The notes below the pieces were generated by a model that was not told where the DNA came from, did not search any database, and saw only the letters and a list, made by a program, of their open reading frames with translations. Made by a program: the position numbers and the translations under genes. This document shows, piece after piece, positions 39,480 through 51,046 of a stretch of DNA of 64,000 nucleotides. Each line of letters opens with the position of its first letter. Positions within the stretch are counted from its first letter, which is position 1. Source of the stretch: Escherichia phage teqdroes; the sequence record NC_054932.1; one strand, 5' to 3'.

Positions 39480-40345
39480 TATTGAGCCACCCCGATTTTC
39501 TGCGTAGCGATAACTTTAACTGCTGCTCTCATACCGACAGTTGAAGAACTTATAGTCGCCGTTACATAATTTTCTTTAATACTAAATGCAATATTAGCGA
39601 TTTCGTCTTCTTCGGTTTCATTCCCAACCCGCATGACAGCATATTCAGAAGAAATTACCTCTGAATTAACAGTATCCACAAGAATATTTATTTCTGCTGT
39701 TTTAATTTTTCTTCCATCTACCGATTGGCACGTAACTAGCAATTTAGCCATATTGTATTCAGTGCGATGAAATAGTGGAATATCAACTGATCCGGATGTA
39801 GAAATATTCCATGTACCTTCAGCTGGTGATTCCTTTTGTCCAAACATACTTTCAATAGAATAATTCCAAACCGATGTAGAATTATCAGATGAAATACAGC
39901 GTAAAGTAACTTTACTATATGGGCTAGTTACTACTAAATTACCTGAAACACCTTTAATTGAATCAATAGCTTGAATTGTTAGAGGATTAGTAACTGATAT
40001 TGATCCATTAGAGTTAATAAATTCAACGCAGTCGCCAAGTTCGCCTCTTTCAATGATAACTTTAACACCTACAGTAGAGGTATCAATATCATGCCTAGTG
40101 CCAACTTTCACTGGAGTTGCATACTCCGTAATAGAGTGTTTTTGATAATATCCAGTAGCATGGATAATTTGACCATCTGCTCCAGTGCCATTTGCTACTG
40201 CCATTTTACGCTGATCGCCAAACGCATTATAAATTGCGTTAAAATCACTATTAATTTTATTACCACCGTCGAATAAGATATCACCAGTAGAAGCGTTACC
40301 AATTTCGCCGGTATCAATCAATTTCTTTGGTTCTTGAATGAACAT
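39479..40345 (-). CDS. 9: baseplate wedge, long tail fibre socket
   Basis: 288-aa ORF; T4 gp9 length. Confidence 0.85.
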   Translation of the reverse strand: MFIQEPKKLIDTGEIGNASTGDILFDGGNKINSDFNAIYNAFGDQRKMAVANGTGADGQIIHATGYYQKHSITEYATPVKVGTRHDIDTSTVGVKVIIERGELGDCVEFINSNGSISVTNPLTIQAIDSIKGVSGNLVVTSPYSKVTLRCISSDNSTSVWNYSIESMFGQKESPAEGTWNISTSGSVDIPLFHRTEYNMAKLLVTCQSVDGRKIKTAEINILVDTVNSEVISSEYAVMRVGNETEEDEIANIAFSIKENYVTATISSSTVGMRAAVKVIATQKIGVAQ

Positions 40346-40359
40346 AGCGGTTTCCTTAT

Positions 40360-40367
40360 GAGTTTAT
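40360..40367 (-). promoter_or_regulatory. late promoter for gene 9
   Basis: Minus-strand TATAAATA. Confidence 0.5.
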
Positions 40368-40375
40368 AGTATTTA

Positions 40376-40393
40376 TAAAGAAAAAGGGAGCCC
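40376..40393 (-). terminator. rho-independent terminator after gene 8
   Basis: GGGAGCCCATGGGCTCCC palindrome followed by U-run on minus transcript. Confidence 0.6.
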
Positions 40394-40408
40394 ATGGGCT
40401 CCCTTAAT

Positions 40409-41413
40409 TTAAAATGTAAACAGAATATTGATTTCTTCTGTTTGATCCATTGCCATAATAATAGGTGGCCTATTTTCCATATAAATCATTTCACCCGAAT
40501 GCCTCATTAAATCTTCTGGATCATAATAATCCTTTTCAGCTTTAACGTTTGGGTCATTTGGATGAGCTTTAGCTTCAAGAGGATTCGTGATTATTGATAT
40601 TTGTCTAAATCCTTTATTTCCTGGCAATGCAGCTTCAGGAAAATAAACTGAATCTAAATATGCTTTAAAACGAATAGTATTTGCCTTAACACGGTAAATT
40701 AATCCAAAATCATCTTGTTGCCAAGTGAGATTGTCTTCATATCCCCATCTAGTCGGGTCTTCTTTTAATTCCTCAGGCCAAGGAACCACGATATATTCAT
40801 TCGTGCATCTATTTATAGATACATCAGGCGGAATCTCAAATAGATATTCCCACACATACCCGTCTCCTGGTTCAATTGTTCCTTCAGCATCTCCTCGGCC
40901 TTCAGGCGGAGTCATTGACCTAGCAGAAGGAGTCCATTTTCCACCTAATTTGAGGCATTCATCCTTATCAGTTAAAGATGTTATTGAACACATTCCGGTA
41001 TCAGGAACATCTAAACAACGATATACTAACCAGCCTGCGCCTGATTCAGTAGCATTGTAAGGAGCTGAGTTACACACTACAATATCGTTAATTCTAAATG
41101 TGTATGGATCCGGATATCTAGTATCTCCCCAATCTCTGCGAGGAATAACAGCATCAAGCATTGATGGAAGAACCTTTACTGTTCCCATCATATGCGTCCA
41201 CATGTCAGTTACGCCTAATACAGAATCGGTTGGATAAGGTGGGGCAAAGCCCACCTCATTTTCATTTGATGACCACGGTTCTGATCTTCCAAATGTGATA
41301 AAGATAGTGTTTTTATCCGGACCACTTCCAATTGAATTATAAAAATTCAACATTTTTTCTGTTCTAAATTTTGAAGTAACTATCGCACGATAGATAACAC
41401 TTGAATCATTCAT
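40409..41413 (-). CDS. 8: baseplate wedge subunit
   Basis: 334-aa ORF; T4 gp8 length. Confidence 0.85.
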   Translation of the reverse strand: MNDSSVIYRAIVTSKFRTEKMLNFYNSIGSGPDKNTIFITFGRSEPWSSNENEVGFAPPYPTDSVLGVTDMWTHMMGTVKVLPSMLDAVIPRRDWGDTRYPDPYTFRINDIVVCNSAPYNATESGAGWLVYRCLDVPDTGMCSITSLTDKDECLKLGGKWTPSARSMTPPEGRGDAEGTIEPGDGYVWEYLFEIPPDVSINRCTNEYIVVPWPEELKEDPTRWGYEDNLTWQQDDFGLIYRVKANTIRFKAYLDSVYFPEAALPGNKGFRQISIITNPLEAKAHPNDPNVKAEKDYYDPEDLMRHSGEMIYMENRPPIIMAMDQTEEINILFTF

Positions 41414-44400
41414 CTATTTTAACCTGTGTTGGATTTTCAGGGTCTCTTGGATTTCCTATATTGTCTTTTAGACGTTTATTAACTAAATCTCTAAATTGTG
41501 CAAATGTTGTTCCAGATGCGTCAAATAGAGGACTCATTAATTTACGTCGTTCAGACGGCAATTGACCTTGAAATATTGAATTGTTATTTTCAGCATTATA
41601 GTCATCAGGAAGAGGATATTCTACACCAGCCATTGGGCCAGGCTCATAAATTGCTTCGCCTGTTACTGAATCATGCTCAATTTCACCAGTTGGAGTTAAT
41701 TTAGCTACTCTATCAGCATATTCAGTAGGCAATCCAGAATCCCATTTATAGTTTTTGTATTTATTAATTATAGTCTCTGTATGTTTAAGAGTTAAACCAA
41801 CATTAATAAACATTGTTAAAAGGGTAATTGCTATAAATCCAAATCCTACTGGATGAACAAAACGAATAACGTCAGATTTCCAGCGGGAAGAAGGTAAATT
41901 GGATTTAATTTTCATTACATAGTATGATCTACTTCTATTAATATAGTCTATATTGTTTTGAAGCAAATCCTTTCCTTTAACCCCACGAATAATTTCGCCT
42001 TCAAAACTAGGGAGTCTTTCTGCTTTAACTTCTTGACCAGCAATTAATCGTCCTAAAAGATTATGAATAGTTACGGTCCATTGCAATTTACCATTAGAAT
42101 AGCTTCTTTCTATATAAGTAACATTACATCTTCCTGTTGCCGTATAAATCGTTTGTCCTACTAAATCTTCAGTCAAAGAATCAGATTGAACGATTATGTC
42201 ATATTCAGTACCAGCCCCAGATTCAATTTCAATTTCAACTTCTTCATTATAAAGAACTTTAAAAAGAAATTTGTATGATGCTTCAATTCCTTTAGTAGAA
42301 TAAAAATCATAGCTACGTGATTCAAAGAATCTCGCAACAGCATCGCGTTTGTCAGCATTTAAATAAATGTTTCTTTTATATATCTCTGACCACAAATATT
42401 CCCATGCATGCTCTTCTCGTGGATATTGGTTACGAATTAAATTTCGTAAATTGTTATACTGAGTTCCATATCCATCAGAAAGATATTGAATATATGCTTC
42501 GCAAAATGCTTCAAAATTCGAATCCTGTAACAAATAAGAATCAGGCATCATTGTGCCAATTAATGGTCTTAAATCAGGGTCAGCTAATCCACGCTCTTCT
42601 TCTGGTGACCAAGGAGTCTCATGCTCTTGGTTTTGTAAAAATGCTTTTAAAAATACTTCAGTTGGCTTCCAAATAATTTCTACTGTATCTCTCACACGAT
42701 AGTTAAAATCATAGTAAGAAATTATTTCACCGGAGGCTTTGTAGAAAAGCATTCCTGATGCGTATTTTTTAAATCCAGTGAATTTGACATTTGGCATTAC
42801 TATAGTGCAATCACCATCATCCCAGTATTCATGAACTAATCTATCTGGTGATGTTTCCGGAATATTTTCTATAACTTTAGTGTATTTTAAATCAGCATAA
42901 ACTACTACAACCCTATCGGAGTTGTTTATCCAACAACGGGTGTTAGATTTTTTAGACCAATTAAAGAACGGTTCTGCGTAGTATTTCATTGGCTGAGGCG
43001 TAAAAGTTTCCCAATCAGATTTTTCATCCGCTATAAATGCCATCATATGATAATGCTTATCAGCTAACCATTCACGAGGAAATTCATATTTAACAGCACC
43101 GATTAACTGATATTTCACCACAGTTTCAGGGTCATTAACAACATTATCACTTAAAAATTTAAAATTACTCGAAGACAGAGAAACTAATTTACCGTCAGTT
43201 GACATATTCGCATATCCGGGTTGAATACGTCTTCTTTCTTCTTCAGTATTACCAAAAACTCTTTTCCATGTTTTTTCGTCATGATTTAAAACATATATTC
43301 CTTTATCAGCGGAATCAATTATTTTTGATGTTCTAGGATTAGCATTTAATGTTTCAACTTCACCAATAATAAGAGCAAAAACTTTATCACCGATAGAATC
43401 CATTTTATAGCATACTGCTTTAGGATTTCCGGTTATAGTCATGGTATCAGGTTCAAAAAGTCTTTCCGAATATGTTGGAGATAATGGATCAGAATCTATA
43501 GGTGCATTACTCGTTTTTATGTATCTAACTTTGTCTCTGGCGACAACGTAAATGTAATCATCGGTGCAAGTAATAGCTTCTGCAATGCGGTATACATTCG
43601 CTGGCAAAGTCGCGTAAGTGGCAAAAATTTCTACATCAAATCCTAGATGTAATTGGTCGCCAAGTTTAGCAAATGTTATATCCTGAGAACTAAATCTGAC
43701 ATCATCAGCTGACCATCTAACATCAGTAGATTTGCGGCCATAGAAAATCTTGTCGTATCCTAGAACGTATGTAGTGTTCGCAGATTGGTAATATACTGTC
43801 TTAGATAAAGGATATCCTACACGATCATTGAAGAGCTTTACAGCTTTCCAGGTTTGTCCTTTATCATTGGATACTTTAACTACAGGTTGATAACGCTCAA
43901 AAAGATATAGAATCCCTTCTGATTCCATCAAATAAACTCGATTAATATCCTTACATACCTGCTGAATAGAACCTTGTATTTCATGATACTCATTTTCACC
44001 AATAATAAAATTACTTATTGATGAAACATCAACATATGATGGGCTGAATTGGAACGATTCATTCATCAATGCAGCCATTATAGTATCATTATTAAAATTA
44101 ACATAATCAGAATTATTAAGAGTAAATTTTTCCTGAATGAATTTATTAGCTAATTGCATTTCAATCATGTTTTGAAATGTATAAGCATTTGTAGCAAAAG
44201 TTTCAAACTCTTCGGTATAAATCCAATCAGACTGCTCAAAATCTTGTGCAGCTGTGGCTACTCTAATAATGTATGTTGTTAATGGATCAGCATCATCAAA
44301 AAAGAAACTATTATTTGCTGTATATCCTAAATTAATCCAACGATATTGATTACTCGGGAGTTTTTCCCCCGAGTTTGTTTTTGTCTCAGCGATTTCTACA

Positions 44401-44504
44401 AAATAGTAGAAATTAGCACCAACGTCATCCCAGCGTACTTGCACCTGATTTGCGGATAACTTGGAAATTCTGAGACTAGTGACTGAAGGTGCTTTTACTG
44501 TCAT
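41406..44504 (-). CDS. 7: baseplate wedge initiator
   Basis: 1032-aa ORF; T4 gp7 length. Confidence 0.85.
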   Translation of the reverse strand: MTVKAPSVTSLRISKLSANQVQVRWDDVGANFYYFVEIAETKTNSGEKLPSNQYRWINLGYTANNSFFFDDADPLTTYIIRVATAAQDFEQSDWIYTEEFETFATNAYTFQNMIEMQLANKFIQEKFTLNNSDYVNFNNDTIMAALMNESFQFSPSYVDVSSISNFIIGENEYHEIQGSIQQVCKDINRVYLMESEGILYLFERYQPVVKVSNDKGQTWKAVKLFNDRVGYPLSKTVYYQSANTTYVLGYDKIFYGRKSTDVRWSADDVRFSSQDITFAKLGDQLHLGFDVEIFATYATLPANVYRIAEAITCTDDYIYVVARDKVRYIKTSNAPIDSDPLSPTYSERLFEPDTMTITGNPKAVCYKMDSIGDKVFALIIGEVETLNANPRTSKIIDSADKGIYVLNHDEKTWKRVFGNTEEERRRIQPGYANMSTDGKLVSLSSSNFKFLSDNVVNDPETVVKYQLIGAVKYEFPREWLADKHYHMMAFIADEKSDWETFTPQPMKYYAEPFFNWSKKSNTRCWINNSDRVVVVYADLKYTKVIENIPETSPDRLVHEYWDDGDCTIVMPNVKFTGFKKYASGMLFYKASGEIISYYDFNYRVRDTVEIIWKPTEVFLKAFLQNQEHETPWSPEEERGLADPDLRPLIGTMMPDSYLLQDSNFEAFCEAYIQYLSDGYGTQYNNLRNLIRNQYPREEHAWEYLWSEIYKRNIYLNADKRDAVARFFESRSYDFYSTKGIEASYKFLFKVLYNEEVEIEIESGAGTEYDIIVQSDSLTEDLVGQTIYTATGRCNVTYIERSYSNGKLQWTVTIHNLLGRLIAGQEVKAERLPSFEGEIIRGVKGKDLLQNNIDYINRSRSYYVMKIKSNLPSSRWKSDVIRFVHPVGFGFIAITLLTMFINVGLTLKHTETIINKYKNYKWDSGLPTEYADRVAKLTPTGEIEHDSVTGEAIYEPGPMAGVEYPLPDDYNAENNNSIFQGQLPSERRKLMSPLFDASGTTFAQFRDLVNKRLKDNIGNPRDPENPTQVKIDE

Positions 44505-46483
44505 TGTGATATAGGCTCCAAATCGATAGTTAAGTATTGTGGACGTAAGTCATTTTCAAATACAATCAGTGAACCATCGCGAGTAAAGATAACATCATCG
44601 GTTGGGTCAGAATATAATTCAATGGTCTGAACTTCAAATTTTTCAGATGTTAAATTAATTTTAGCGATATTCCAATAAATCATGTCAGCCGGATAATTTA
44701 TTTCACCGATAACATAATATTTGTCACGTCCATCAGAATTTGCTAATTTATTAAAATCATTGCCTGTATACGGCTGAATGTTTTCATTTTCTGTAACATC
44801 GCCAGAAGCAAATGGACCAATAATAACTTTACCAATTCCTTTAGAATCTCGGTCTGTTGATACTATACGAACGTCATATAATACATCTTCTTCTAAACCA
44901 GTATCAGGATTTACAACCTTTCGTCCAGAATTAAATGAAAACGTATTAGATTCCATAGAACGATCTTTTATTTGATTATTGTATTTAATACCTGCTTCAG
45001 GCGTTTTATAGAAGTTTTGTACTTCACGAACCATTTGAATAGTCGCTGATGAACCAATGACAGAATGATCTGCATCATCTACATATGTCAACATCTTAGA
45101 CTTGGCAAAAGACGAGTTAAAAATTTCTACATCTTCGGTATAATAGCGATCAATTTTATCAATTATTTGACCTTCAAGCCACTGCTCGGATTCTTGCAGT
45201 TTATTTAAAGCATATGTGACTTTTAAATTAGTCTTAATAAAAAGATAATTAGGAGAAATAATTGATGGCGTAATAGGAGCTAAATTATAGTCTTTGAGAT
45301 AATTTTTAATATCTTCACGTTGTACAGTAGTTAGATACAGACCTGATTTAGGTTTAGCAGCAATAAATGCATACCCAGGTTTAGTAGAATCAGTGAAAGT
45401 TTGAACTGCTTGAATAATAGAACCAAATCTCTCTGAAACGAATGTATCATAGTCAGTCGCAGTTACGCATCGTTGTTGGGTTTCGCGTTTAATAGTACCC
45501 AATTCGCGAATACGCTCAATATCTTCTGGATCACCGCCGCCATCTGCCCCAACAAAATCTGGGTCATCGTTTGGATTTTCATTAATATTGATGACAGTTA
45601 TATTTGTTAATGTATCTGCGTATGAAAATCCGACTGCTCCGTTCGCGTCAGCACCATTAGTACTAATGTACTCAATAACAATCGTAGAGTTCTGAGTAGG
45701 TTTAAGACCTCCGATATAATTAGCGGTCAAAGCTCCTTCAGAAGCATTAACAGAAATTTCACCTTCACCAAAATAGAATTCAGTGTTTCCATCAATAGTT
45801 TCACGCATATAATAAATCGTTGATGTTGAACCAGCATGAACCATTGACTTTCTCGTCCAGTTAATCCATTCCGCTCCATCAACATATAATTTAACCTGGT
45901 TTCTATCAATATTTTTATCATAAATGATAATAGGTGTTAATTTATCATAAATGATTTCAGTTCTTACTATACGTCCCTGGGCCAATTTTAAACGCGGAAA
46001 ATATTGGTTATTTTTATCACGAATAGCAATAACGTCTTCGGTAGAAACGAAGTTGTATGGATTAACAGAAGTATCTTTTGCATATGCTAAAAAGCGAGTT
46101 CCGCGAGGAATAGTAATGTAATTCCTATTCAATGCGTCGGTGCATGTTAACATAATTTCGGTCTGCGCAGCGGATTTTGAAGTAGGTAAATATCCGTTAT
46201 CTTGTGCAGCTTGAACAACTGAACTTCGTAAGTTAGCAGTACGCATAAAGCTTTCATACACAGCAGCATTACCAAACTGTTGAATGTATAATGTATTATA
46301 AGCTAAAAGGTCACACAGAACGTTTAATCTTGAGCCTTCAAAATCATAATCCAAAAATTCATTTTGACCATTAAGCCATTCAATGAGGTTTTGTTTTATT
46401 TCAGCAAACGTACCCCCGACGAATATCTCGGGAATAGCATTTGCTGTTCTTGTTAATTGATAATTTACAGGGGTATTTGCCAT
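44501..46483 (-). CDS. 6: baseplate wedge subunit
   Basis: 660-aa ORF; T4 gp6 length. Confidence 0.85.
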   Translation of the reverse strand: MANTPVNYQLTRTANAIPEIFVGGTFAEIKQNLIEWLNGQNEFLDYDFEGSRLNVLCDLLAYNTLYIQQFGNAAVYESFMRTANLRSSVVQAAQDNGYLPTSKSAAQTEIMLTCTDALNRNYITIPRGTRFLAYAKDTSVNPYNFVSTEDVIAIRDKNNQYFPRLKLAQGRIVRTEIIYDKLTPIIIYDKNIDRNQVKLYVDGAEWINWTRKSMVHAGSTSTIYYMRETIDGNTEFYFGEGEISVNASEGALTANYIGGLKPTQNSTIVIEYISTNGADANGAVGFSYADTLTNITVININENPNDDPDFVGADGGGDPEDIERIRELGTIKRETQQRCVTATDYDTFVSERFGSIIQAVQTFTDSTKPGYAFIAAKPKSGLYLTTVQREDIKNYLKDYNLAPITPSIISPNYLFIKTNLKVTYALNKLQESEQWLEGQIIDKIDRYYTEDVEIFNSSFAKSKMLTYVDDADHSVIGSSATIQMVREVQNFYKTPEAGIKYNNQIKDRSMESNTFSFNSGRKVVNPDTGLEEDVLYDVRIVSTDRDSKGIGKVIIGPFASGDVTENENIQPYTGNDFNKLANSDGRDKYYVIGEINYPADMIYWNIAKINLTSEKFEVQTIELYSDPTDDVIFTRDGSLIVFENDLRPQYLTIDLEPISQ

Positions 46484-46491
46484 TTTAAATC

Positions 46492-46785
46492 CTATTTAAT
46501 GAATACTTTAGATGATGCCTGAGCCACAGTATCACCGCATGATATTGGATCAGCCATTTGAACAGCTTTCTTTCCAGTGACATATACTTTAGAAGTTCTG
46601 GGTTGTGTCACTCCGCCATGTGTTTCATATGGCTTTTTAATTTCTGTATGTTCTGTAATTGGATCGCCTGCTACGAGAACAGCAATTCCTCCAGTGAATA
46701 CTTTACTTTGTGTAGCATTCACAACTGTTGGAGGCCACGCTTCATGGCCAGCAGTAACACACTTATCATAACTTAATCCTGACAT
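46492..46785 (-). CDS. 5.4: spike-tip protein (PAAR-like)
   Basis: 97-aa ORF downstream of gene 5; T4 gp5.4 length. Confidence 0.7.
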
Positions 46786-47343
46786 TTATGGCCTCTCATA
46801 CACATAGCTTCTCAGTTTATTAGCCCAACGACTCCAATTTCCAACTATAGTTTTAGTATAATTTTTAACGAGAGTTTTTCTTACTGGAGCAGGAGGATCT
46901 GCCGGTTCAGTAGTATCAGAAGATGACCTAGAATTACTGCCAGAACCTCCAGATTCACTTTGTTCTTGGTAGTCATATATTAATGTTACTTCGTAAGTGA
47001 ATGTCTTCTGGAGATTTTGAGGAGCTTTCCACAAATACAACTGAGTATCAGAATCAGTAGGAAGTTCTTCCCATGAAGCAGCAGTTTTAAATTCATCGCC
47101 TAAACGATATTTCAACGCGTCATTTCCGAAACCAAATACAGATTCATATGTTCCATATAAGCGATTTTCTTCTACTAAAACTCCAGGAGTTTCTTCGTAA
47201 CTAGTTATATTTATAGATACTAACGTTTCACCTGTTTCTAATTGAGCGGTAAAGGTGACGTCGATAGAAGAACCTTCCATGGATTCTCCTAAATCAGCGC
47301 TCATTGGAAGTATATTAGCCAATGTCAATCCTCGATCCATCAA
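46786..47343 (-). CDS. hypothetical protein (5.1-like)
   Basis: ORF between gene 5 and 5.4; first Met overlaps gene 5 end, likely starts at internal Met near 47304. Confidence 0.5.
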
Positions 47344-49042
47344 TTGTGTATTGACCAGATGAAATAGAACTCATAGATGCCATTTTTTCTGTCCAATCAC
47401 CGCCAACGTCCCAATCAACTGTCCCAGCAACTTTCCAAGAAAGATTTCCATTTACTGTATTAGTTTGATTACCTTCAACTAAAGTGGTAGCATCTCCTTT
47501 AACTGTAATGTCAGCATTGCCTTCAACTACAATAGTAACATTACCTTTGACTAGGATAGTTCCATTACCTTCAACCGTCTTAGTTTCATCGCCACGTACA
47601 AATATTGTATTGCTTCCATCTATTTGGTGAAGACGATTATCCATGTTATAATAAATTTCTGAACCACCGACGTTAGTCTTTTTATCACCGGCTACCAAAA
47701 AATTACCATCAGCGTTGGTTATATCATACAAATTATCAACAGTTTTTCTTGTTCTTCTTCCTGACGGTGATACTTCTTCATAAGTTCCAGTTGGATGAAC
47801 TAATCTGTATCGTTCTTGCCCAGGGGTATCATCAAATTCTTGGATATGTCCACTTTCAGTTTCCATTGTATGCACATAAGGATATTCACCTTTATATGAA
47901 GAAACTGGTTCTTTGAATAAAATTCTCGAGTCATTTGGAATAGGAGGATCAGCAGGGTCAGAAGATTTAGCTACAGTAGCAGCCATTGCTGATAGAGACC
48001 TAGCTGGGGTTTTCACTTCAACACCATATGATTCCAAATTTCCCGTAAGAATAATCATGGTAACACGGGATGCACGGCCTTTTGTTTGTTGATACCACAA
48101 TGAATCACGACCAGCTTTATATGCTTTTTCCCAATCTCCGGCTAACATAGCAGTTAACATTGTGTTAAATTTAGCTACACCGCCAACACCCATCTGAAAT
48201 GCCATATTTTCTAACGCCATTTGACGAGAACGATTAACTGCCTGCCAAACTGGGCCAACTTTAGAATGTGATTTAATGTCCCGTTGCATATCAGCCAAAT
48301 CACGCTCAAATAAAGCTGTCGCCTCTTCCATTGTAATAGAACCTGGGTTTCCAGTAATTTCACGACCAACTTGTTTTGATAAAACTTTATTAATTTGAGC
48401 CATATCACGAACTGGCTGCTTCATGATAAGATGACCAATACCAATTGTCGGATATCCTTCGGTATCCCAATAAACTTTTAATCTTAATCCTTCATCACGG
48501 CGAAGCATTTCAGCCATTGACATATTTGGATTATCATCGGTTGGAATCTCTGATAGTGGTCTATCATCGGGATTTATTGCGGTGTCTAAGTTACTATCTT
48601 GGATAATGTTAGAAGACGAATCATATCCTACTTCTCCGCCTTGGTTTAATACGTTCGTATCATTTCCTAAACGTCTAGGATACTGCCCAGTTGGGTCAGA
48701 AAATCCTTCAAGTCTATTCGGTTTTTCGCGAACTATTCCACCATATGTGCCAAGGACAATTCCGTTAGTTTTCCATTTGTCTAAAAAATGACCATAAACT
48801 CTAGTTCCTTCTACTGGCCCTGTAACAGAACCTCCAATTCCTGACATCGCTGCAGAAGTTATAGGTTGAATAACTGACATCCATGGTAATTTTTCAGTTG
48901 GAATACCCATTACATCACCTTGTGCTCTTTGGGGTGGATGCAAACCAACCACACGAACACGAACACGACCTAATTTTAATGGGTCCATTCTATCTTCAAC
49001 AACACCAACAAACCAATTAAGGTTATTACTTATCATTTCCAT
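47315..49042 (-). CDS. 5: baseplate hub and tail lysozyme (cell-puncturing device)
   Basis: 575-aa ORF; internal lysozyme domain resembling gene e (EGLRLKVYWDTEGYPTIGIGHL); C-terminal beta-helix VxGxxxV repeats. Confidence 0.9.
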   Translation of the reverse strand: MEMISNNLNWFVGVVEDRMDPLKLGRVRVRVVGLHPPQRAQGDVMGIPTEKLPWMSVIQPITSAAMSGIGGSVTGPVEGTRVYGHFLDKWKTNGIVLGTYGGIVREKPNRLEGFSDPTGQYPRRLGNDTNVLNQGGEVGYDSSSNIIQDSNLDTAINPDDRPLSEIPTDDNPNMSMAEMLRRDEGLRLKVYWDTEGYPTIGIGHLIMKQPVRDMAQINKVLSKQVGREITGNPGSITMEEATALFERDLADMQRDIKSHSKVGPVWQAVNRSRQMALENMAFQMGVGGVAKFNTMLTAMLAGDWEKAYKAGRDSLWYQQTKGRASRVTMIILTGNLESYGVEVKTPARSLSAMAATVAKSSDPADPPIPNDSRILFKEPVSSYKGEYPYVHTMETESGHIQEFDDTPGQERYRLVHPTGTYEEVSPSGRRTRKTVDNLYDITNADGNFLVAGDKKTNVGGSEIYYNMDNRLHQIDGSNTIFVRGDETKTVEGNGTILVKGNVTIVVEGNADITVKGDATTLVEGNQTNTVNGNLSWKVAGTVDWDVGGDWTEKMASMSSISSGQYTIDGSRIDIG

Positions 49043-49616
49043 AAGATTTCTCCATTATACGTATAAGGTCGTTCATAAATGAATTGATGTCTGATTTTGC
49101 TATTATTTTTATTTGACGAAGTTTTTCATTTTCAAGAACAGCCGCTTCATACGTATCGACCGCAGCAAGTGCTCCTTCATATTGAGGATATTTTCTAGCT
49201 TTATCGCCTTTGTCATACCAAACATATGGATTATCATCGTATGATATTAAATTATAAAATTTTTCACCGTTCTCATTCACATGATATACTATTTGGTCTC
49301 CACCCACATTTTTGTATTTTTGTATAGATGCTTGATAAGCTGCTTCTTGTGAAGTAATCCATCCATAATACGGATCATAATTATCATTACACATCAATAA
49401 AACCCAATACAGCTGTGGATTTCCATATATAGTATTTGCTAATTCTTCCGGGCGTGGTGAACCTTTAATATAATAAGTACGTAAGCGGTATCCCGCAAGA
49501 GCGCGTTTAAAATAGTCTTTATAGTTTCTAAAAATATCTGTCATAGGAATAGTCGGCGCGTTTTTATTCACCGTTTTGGCCGCATATTCAATCGGATCAA
49601 AAAATGTAAAGAGCAT
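49026..49616 (-). CDS. 53: baseplate wedge subunit
   Basis: 196-aa ORF; T4 gp53 length. Confidence 0.8.
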   Translation of the reverse strand: MLFTFFDPIEYAAKTVNKNAPTIPMTDIFRNYKDYFKRALAGYRLRTYYIKGSPRPEELANTIYGNPQLYWVLLMCNDNYDPYYGWITSQEAAYQASIQKYKNVGGDQIVYHVNENGEKFYNLISYDDNPYVWYDKGDKARKYPQYEGALAAVDTYEAAVLENEKLRQIKIIAKSDINSFMNDLIRIMEKSYGNDK

Positions 49617-49629
49617 GGGCCCTCCTGTT

Positions 49630-49637
49630 TATAAATA
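49630..49637 (+). promoter_or_regulatory. late promoter for gene 4
   Basis: Plus-strand TATAAATA in 53/4 divergent region. Confidence 0.55.
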
Positions 49638-49644
49638 TATTATC

Positions 49645-49652
49645 TATTTATA
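49645..49652 (-). promoter_or_regulatory. late promoter for gene 53
   Basis: Minus-strand TATAAATA in 53/4 divergent region. Confidence 0.55.
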
Positions 49653-49663
49653 AGGAGAATCCA

Positions 49664-50116
49664 ATGGCATATTCTGGAAAATGGGTTCCTAAAAATATAT
49701 CAAAGTATAGAGGTGACCCTAAAAAAATTACGTATAGATCAAATTGGGAAAAATTCTTTTTTGAATGGTTAGATAAAAATCCAGAAATTATTGCATGGGG
49801 TAGTGAAACAGCAGTAATTCCTTATTTTTGTAATGCAGAAGGGAAAAAACGTAGATACTTCATGGATATTTGGATGAAAGATTCTTCTGGGCAAGAATTT
49901 TTTATTGAAATAAAACCTAAAAAAGAAACACAACCACCGGTTAAACCAGCACATCTAACAACCGCAGCGAAGAAAAGATTTATGAATGAAATTTATACAT
50001 ATTCTGTTAATACCGACAAATGGAAAGCAGCGCAAGCTTTAGCTGAAAAGCGTGGAATAAAATTTAGAATTCTAACAGAAGATGGATTACGAGCTCTTGG
50101 CTTTAAGGGGGCATAA
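49664..50116 (+). CDS. 4: head completion protein
   Basis: 150-aa ORF behind late promoter; T4 gp4 length. Confidence 0.8.
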   Translation: MAYSGKWVPKNISKYRGDPKKITYRSNWEKFFFEWLDKNPEIIAWGSETAVIPYFCNAEGKKRRYFMDIWMKDSSGQEFFIEIKPKKETQPPVKPAHLTTAAKKRFMNEIYTYSVNTDKWKAAQALAEKRGIKFRILTEDGLRALGFKGA

Positions 50117-50940
50117 TGGCTATTTTTCAAATAATTAATGAAAGCACTCCCCAAGTTCCAAAGGTTAAGCAATCATTAAACGAAAAGAAATGGATTCAAA
50201 TAGGTCTTGAATACAAAAAGGCCAAAGCAAAAGGAATGACAGGAAAGCAATTTGCTGAAGAAAGAGGAATCAAATACTCTACGTTTACTTCGGCAATGTC
50301 AAAATATGCTTCAGGAATTAAAACAGCTGAAAAGATTCAAAAGCTTGAATCAAAACCAATGAATAAGCTCAATAAGCAAGAAAGACAACTGCTTATGATA
50401 AATTCATTCAGACAAACATTGCGCGATAAAATTCGTAATGAAGGTGCAGCAATTAATAATAAAACCAGAAAGTGGTTTGCTGAAACTATTAAGCAAGTAA
50501 AAGGACATAAAGTTGTTCGCCCGCAGCCGGGACGAATATATGCTTTTGCTTATGATGCTAAACACAAGGAAACTCTTCCTTACTGGGATAAATTTCCTTT
50601 GATAATTTACCTTGGTTTAGGTAAGCATAATTTAATGTACGGATTGAACTTGCACTATATTCCACCTAAAGCTCGTCAGCAATTTCTAGAAGAGCTTTTA
50701 AAGCAATATTCAAATACACCTACTATTACTAATAAAACGAAATTAAAAATTGATTGGAGTCAAGTGAAAGGATTTAGGGGTGCAGACCAAATGATTAAGG
50801 CATATATACCCGGTAATATTATGGGTAGCCTTGTTGAAATCGCCCCGAAAGACTGGGCGAACGTTGTGTTGATGCCACTTCAGCAGTTCGTTTCAAAAGG
50901 AAAACGTTTCTCTGCAAACAAAGTCTGGTCAAATATCTAA
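50116..50940 (+). CDS. 2: DNA end-protector protein
   Basis: 274-aa ORF ATGA-coupled to gene 4; T4 gp2 length. Confidence 0.8.
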   Translation: MAIFQIINESTPQVPKVKQSLNEKKWIQIGLEYKKAKAKGMTGKQFAEERGIKYSTFTSAMSKYASGIKTAEKIQKLESKPMNKLNKQERQLLMINSFRQTLRDKIRNEGAAINNKTRKWFAETIKQVKGHKVVRPQPGRIYAFAYDAKHKETLPYWDKFPLIIYLGLGKHNLMYGLNLHYIPPKARQQFLEELLKQYSNTPTITNKTKLKIDWSQVKGFRGADQMIKAYIPGNIMGSLVEIAPKDWANVVLMPLQQFVSKGKRFSANKVWSNI

Positions 50941-51046
50941 TTCTATTATCTTCCATTCTTTTCTGTTGTTTGTTCTAAATGGAATTGAATGGAAGGGACT
51001 TAGACCCATTATACCACCAACAGTTATAAAGCATTATGAGGAATAT